NCBI GenBank assembly: GCA_030390025.1
Contig: CM059432.1
Coordinates: 61,258,001-61,322,000 of the forward strand
DNA: 64,000 nucleotides
DNA from: Squalus acanthias
Taxonomy: Eukaryota
Reading direction: 5' to 3'
Shown here: positions 58,740 through 64,000 of the stretch, in pieces
How the letters are laid out: every line of letters begins with the position of its first letter
Numbering within the stretch: position 1 is the first letter of the stretch
Notes under the pieces: generated by a model
Told to the model about the DNA's origin: nothing
What the model saw: only the letters and a program-made list of their open reading frames with translations
Databases searched by the model: none
Position numbers and translations under genes: made by a program

Positions 58740-59530
58740 CTGGTGCCAAGTATAACAGGGCTACATAACAAAGGTCGATTCTGCTACCAGAATCATCACA
58801 ATTGGAATTTTAAAGGCACGCTTCAGTGCCTGGATCCATTTGGGGATCAGTTTGGGGATAGGGACTTGAGGGTAGTGATGGTGTGTTGCATCCTACAGAA
58901 CTTTGCCTTATAAACTGGCCTCCTCATGATGGGCCAGTGGAGGAAGGTACCCAAGGGCAGCAGTGAGATCAGGCAGATGAGGGTGTTGGATATAATCTAT
59001 TGTTGACTGCAAGAGATCATTTATATAAATATGATACAGGAGACCTGCTTTTGACTACATGTATCCACTGCACAAGCAGTCCTACTTCATGCTTCTTCCT
59101 GTCACAAATATGCCAGCAGCTAGAAGCCTTCTCTATGCACATCAACTCCCATTCATTCCATTTCATCCAAGCCAAAAATCAATATCCAAATGCACAATAA
59201 CTTTAATACTACCATAATTTTACAACTCAAACTGTGTACACATGTCTACTTTTTCTTACCACTGTACTTCCCCTTGGTGCCAGTGTACGATGAATGAGCT
59301 TTTAAACGTAATCTACCACTCATCCTAATGCTACCTGAGTGTCAGGAGTGTGTGAGGTGGCTGACTATTGCATATTCAGATGAGCCTTGAGACTGAGGTG
59401 GCCCTCGTCTCATGGCAGCCAGGTGTTGAGGTGGACCTGCTGCAGGCTGCACCTTTTGTGCTGCAAGATAAACAGCCTGGCCATGTCTTTTTTCAACCAA
59501 TATGCAGGCTAGCAAGAGTGCAAGCATGTG
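58740..59530 (+). pseudogene. Old Harbinger transposase C-terminal remnant and adjacent element sequence
   Basis: Degenerate IGILKARF.CLD and VVMVCCILQNFAL. Confidence 0.55.
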
Positions 59531-59544
59531 CTGCTATCCCGAGA

Positions 59545-60560
59545 GAGAATCCCATGGGATTAAAGAGGCAGTGGCAGCGTGGATATGAAATTGGCTGAGA
59601 CAGGAAGCAGAGAGTAGTGGTGAACAGCTGGTTTTCAGACTGGAGGGACGTATACAGTGGTGTCCCCCAGGGGTCGGTATTAGGTCCACTGCTGGGTTAA
59701 AAGGGCATAATTTCAAAGTTTGCAGATGACACAAAACTTGGAAATGCCGTAACCATTGAGGAGGATAGTAGCAGACTTCAGGAGATTATAGACAGACTGG
59801 TGAATTGGGCAGACACATGGCAGATGAAATTTAATGCAGAAAAGTGTGAAGTGATGCATTGTGAAAGGAAGAATCAAGATAGGCAATATCAACTAAATGG
59901 TACAATTTAAATGGGGTGTAGGAACAGAGAGACCTGGGGGTTCATTACACAAATTTGAAGGTGGCAGGACAAGATAATAAGGCTGTTAAAAAGCATTCAG
60001 GATCCTTGGCTTTATAAATAGAGGCAGAGTACAAAAGCAAGGAAGTTATGCTAAACCTTTATAAATCACTGGTTCAGCCTCAGCGGAGTATTAGTGACCA
60101 ATTCTGGGCGTCACACTTTAGGAAGGACGTCAAGGCCTTGGAGAGTGTACAGAGGAGATTGACTAGAATGACACCAGGGATGAGGAGCTTCAGTTATGTG
60201 GAGAGACCAGAGAAGCTGGGATTGTTCTCCTTATACCAGAGAAGGTTAAGGGAGAATTAATAGAGGTGTTCAAAATTATGAAGGGTTTTAATAGTAAATA
60301 AGGAGAAACTGTTGCTACTGGCAAGAGGGTCGGTAACCAGAGGACACAGATTTCAGGTAACTGGAAGAAGAATCAGAGAGGAGATTAGGAGAAGTTTTTT
60401 TTTAAAAAAAAGGAAATTGGATATGTACATGAAAAGAGAAAAAACTGCAGGGCTATGGGGAAAGAGCAAGGGGGTGGAACTAATTGGATAGCTCTTTAAA
60501 AGAACCGATACAAGCATGATGGGCTGAATGGCTTCCTTCTCTGCTGTATGATTCTATGAC
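59545..60560 (+). mobile_element. CR1 3' fragment
   Basis: [34 protein letters not shown]; tail tatgattctatga. Confidence 0.88.
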
Positions 60561-63471
60561 GTGAGCACATTCCTCCATATCACATGATCTGGAGACTGTC
60601 TCTGCATGGCCACTGATCTGCAAGAAACCAGACAATGCTACCAATCAGATTGTTCAAACTCTGAGAAATGGTTGTCTGTAACCCTTTGAAGCCAGAAAAA
60701 ATAGTCCTTTCCAATCTGGTAGCCCAGGCCTCTGACAGCAATCGCAGTATCCATGGTAGAAGCATGTCTTATAGGACCTCTTTGGTGGAGATTTCGGCTA
60801 CAGATCGGCTTGAAACTGCCACTTGCATCAGGGTGAATGGCAGTGCTGTGAATCAATCATGGTACCATAGATGCTGTTAGTGGATACTCAAATTACCCCA
60901 CCATGTACCGTACATTCTGAACGACCATCTCCAGTGTCTGTACATACATGGGATGCTCTGCAAACATTCTTCTTTTAAAAGCAGGGCGAGCGAGATCTGG
61001 GTTCCAAAGTTCTTCATCCAAGTTCCAATGTCTCTTGACCTTACTGTCTACAATGTCTGTCACCTCATCTCCCACCCTCAGCTCCTTTATGATTATTTGT
61101 ATATCACCCTACATGCTTCCTTCAGGCTCACTGTCTAATGCCTCATGGGTGGACGCCTCCGGCTGATTCTTGGCAGGGAGAGAATGAATGATGGTGTATG
61201 TGCTGCAGTGCTTGAAGCTAAATGATCTAACAGATCTTAATCCTAAACTTCTTGCTATGGGACATGAGGAAGAGGAGGAGGAAGAGCAAGTGATGGATGA
61301 GACTCCAAAGACTTAACTGTTCAGAGTAGCATGGAACACAGCAGCACTGAAACACCTGTGATCCTGAACCACCAGATGATGTCATAAACGGCGATTTTAA
61401 GCACCCACCCCCCACGCCAACAAGAACAGGGCGCACAGGGGATTAAGATCAGGCAGCATCCTTACCTCTGCATAGCACTCTTGCCAGCAACAACATTTAC
61501 TCCTGGGTATCTGGAGAAGACAGGGAAAGCTGCCATGCATTGGATCCATGGCCAGTAGAGGCCCAGCGAAGAGATGTTGTAAATTTTTGAAAGATTTCCT
61601 TGTAGGCCAAGGGAGCAGAAGTGCTCCTCCTGGTTCCACAAGGAATCTTTGGGCCTTCCCTGCTCTGGGCTTCCCTTTCCATGAATGCCTCCGACTCTCC
61701 ACCCGATCTAATATAATTACTGCTACAAAATTGCTCTTAGGTTTTTTTCTTCCTGCAATATGAGTGGTAAAAATGTTGGGGGCATTTCCACAATCCCATG
61801 GTCCCAGTGACAAAGCTATGCTTGAAGAGTGCACAGGCTGGAGACTGAGCTACAATATTATAGACTCAATTCTCCGACCTGCACTCCTTGCTGGGAGCAC
61901 AGGATCCATGTTGGGTATACCTACAGCTTAAGTTATGACAAGCTTGTATCCCACTGCACTCAGTCTAACTCCTTGGCTTTACATGGCATAAGGCTTATAT
62001 TCAGGCCTGTTTTTGAACCATCAGGGGTAAAATTTAATTTTCACAGGGACACAAGGAAAGGCAGTATTAAATCAACTGAACTTTGTACCTGCTGAGGACA
62101 TTCACCACGTCATTCTATACTCCAGTGAGGTGTTCAGCAGGGAGATCAATTAGGTTACAATGGTACACGAGCTAGATATGCATGGAACTAAGGCAGGGTA
62201 ACTGGGACTTCTTTATGTATTTACCATTATGTTGTCTGCCTTCAATCTCAACAGGCTGTTGCAGATGCACACTTTAAAGAGCACCAAAGCTTGCCAGATT
62301 GCTTGAAGCCTTCATAGAATGGCATGAAGATGGGTGGCACTGGCCCAACTACAGAACTCCGATTGAGCAGGCGAGTAAATAATGATGGAGGAAGTTTTGT
62401 GAGCTCCACATTTTCCCAGCTATCCAAATCAACGCAAAAGCTGCTAAGACAGTAAATATTTCCCAGTGCACTCCTCAGCATGCTCCATGCATATCCCTAG
62501 AATTAGAAAGTGCACTTCTTGGCAGAACCTGAACCTGAAATTTCTTTGCACTTGGGAGGAAATAAGCTCATCTTTAGGATAACCCATCAGCAAACAAGCA
62601 GTTGCTTCCAGCCTTTTTTGTTGAAAATTGAATATCAGGAAACAGTGTAAGCAGTTGCCATATGCACCAATCACATGGATCCATACTAATTTTAAAACTT
62701 GCTGACCAAAGGCAAACTTAAGCGGGCTGATTCCAAGGTACAGAAAATGTCAGCAAAAAGAAGTGGTGTTTCCATAAATTAAAATTTTGAAAAAAGATTA
62801 CAGAACATTCCTAGACTTTACTATAAAGCTATATTCATTTATGGGGGAAAATAAATGACAGTGAAGACTAACTCTGGTGGTCACAGACAGTCAATATTCC
62901 TGTAAATGACAGGAGAAAAACAAACAAGGCTAGGACTTGGCATGAAGCCTTATCTGCAGCAAACCGGGAGAGATCACCAGACTGAGAAGGTAGTGCCATG
63001 GCAGAAATTTCTTAGAGATAATGTTACCAGGTAATTTGTTTTCTCCCTTGGGAATCCTACCAATATCCTATTTGTGTGTGAGGAAGTACGGTTTATTACC
63101 TTAAAAGGAAGTTATACACATCTAGTCCTTGCATGAGCAATATTGAAAGTACCTACTAAAGGTGAATGCGCCCACTCCCAGGTTATTAAAGCATTAAAGC
63201 AACACCGTGTGTATATGCAGATTAATGGGAAGACTAAACCCACCTTTGCAGATGTGATGGGGGCGGGGGGGGGGGGGGGAGAAGAAAAATTAAATCCTTA
63301 ATGTTGATGTTTGTAAAGAAAAGTAGCACCATGCTCATTTACTACAGACATAATAGGGTGTTTTTATGTTTTAATTATTCAGTTTGTATTTGATTTTTTT
63401 TTAAATCACTACTAACAAAGATTTTAAAAGAACATGAAGTTTCACTGGTACCGCTCAAGTGCTTTACTATT

Positions 63472-64000
63472 GGCCCAGAAATTCGTCCGAATACGGGAGA
63501 GTACGCACTGTGTACTCACCCATATTCGGTCCCGAAGTGCCGGTTTCCTGCATGCACTGCGCATGCGCGGGAAACCGGCACTTCCGGTATTGCGAAGGGG
63601 GCGGTTCCTAAGTGAACCGCGTGCGCACTACAGGCTGTGCGCACGCAGCACACTTAGTTTTTTTTTCAGGTTTGAACGCGAAGGTAAGTGTTGAAGATTT
63701 TACACATGAAAAAAGCAGGCGTAAGACACCTTTTAACAAGGTAAGTAGTTAATTAAGTATTATTTTAAAAAATTTTCAACAGGTTTATCTTTTTTAGAGA
63801 CTTTAAAGAAAGGTAAGTTTATTTTTATAACTTTTAAAAAGAATTTAAATTTTTTCAAAAATTTAAATTTTTGTTTAAAGTGGTTAATTTATTTAACTAT
63901 AGTTATTTTATTAATGCGATGGGTTTTTTTTAAATTTAATTGAGGTTTAGCTGTTCTTTTGGGGGCAATTTGTATTCATAGCTTTGACAGCTCTTCCTGT
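63472..64000 (+). mobile_element. MITE family B, cut by window end
   Basis: att|ggcccagaaattcg; near-identical to 49903-50420. Confidence 0.9.

Noticed and set aside
62230..62690. Coding-looking unique stretch with short ORFs
   Set aside because: All frames are interrupted and I recognise no motif; possibly an ancient TE
1..64000. Flanking NOL4-family exons (ISESYAFLPREAV.. and DESSIESDEFDMSD..)
   Set aside because: Searched by eye on the minus strand and not found; they presumably lie outside the window, though I may have missed a divergent one
1..64000. CRISPR array or prokaryotic defence/operon system
   Set aside because: No regularly spaced repeat-spacer array or gene-dense region; the sequence is vertebrate intronic DNA

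Overview
This is eukaryotic, repeat-rich vertebrate DNA. The repeat families (CR1 with ctctatga/ttcttatg tails, Deu-domain SacSINE1-like SINEs, Penelope-like elements with minimal hammerheads, abundant Harbinger derivatives) point to a cartilaginous fish, most likely a shark. The window appears to lie inside one minus-strand host gene of the NOL4 family. Only one internal coding exon is recognisable (54210-54322, ENEKPASLVTSMIDYNMPITMAYMKHMKLQLLSSHQDE); the rest is intronic. More than half the sequence is transposon-derived and heavily nested: two near-full-length CR1 LINEs, a second LINE family, two ~4-kb two-gene Harbinger elements, several MITE families, a Tigger-like MITE, a 1.37-kb solo LTR and three Penelope-derived insertions carrying hammerhead-like motifs. 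The most notable observations are (i) a solo LTR whose U3 is one open 193-codon frame ending at the TATA box, (ii) three candidate alternative first exons/promoters of the host gene in TE-poor islands, (iii) a loop-less ~470-bp-arm Penelope palindrome with one intact and one core-mutated hammerhead plus a micro-inversion, and (iv) a MITE family carrying promoter motifs and micro-exon splice signals. All family and gene assignments come from motif recognition and recalled sequences, not from database searches.
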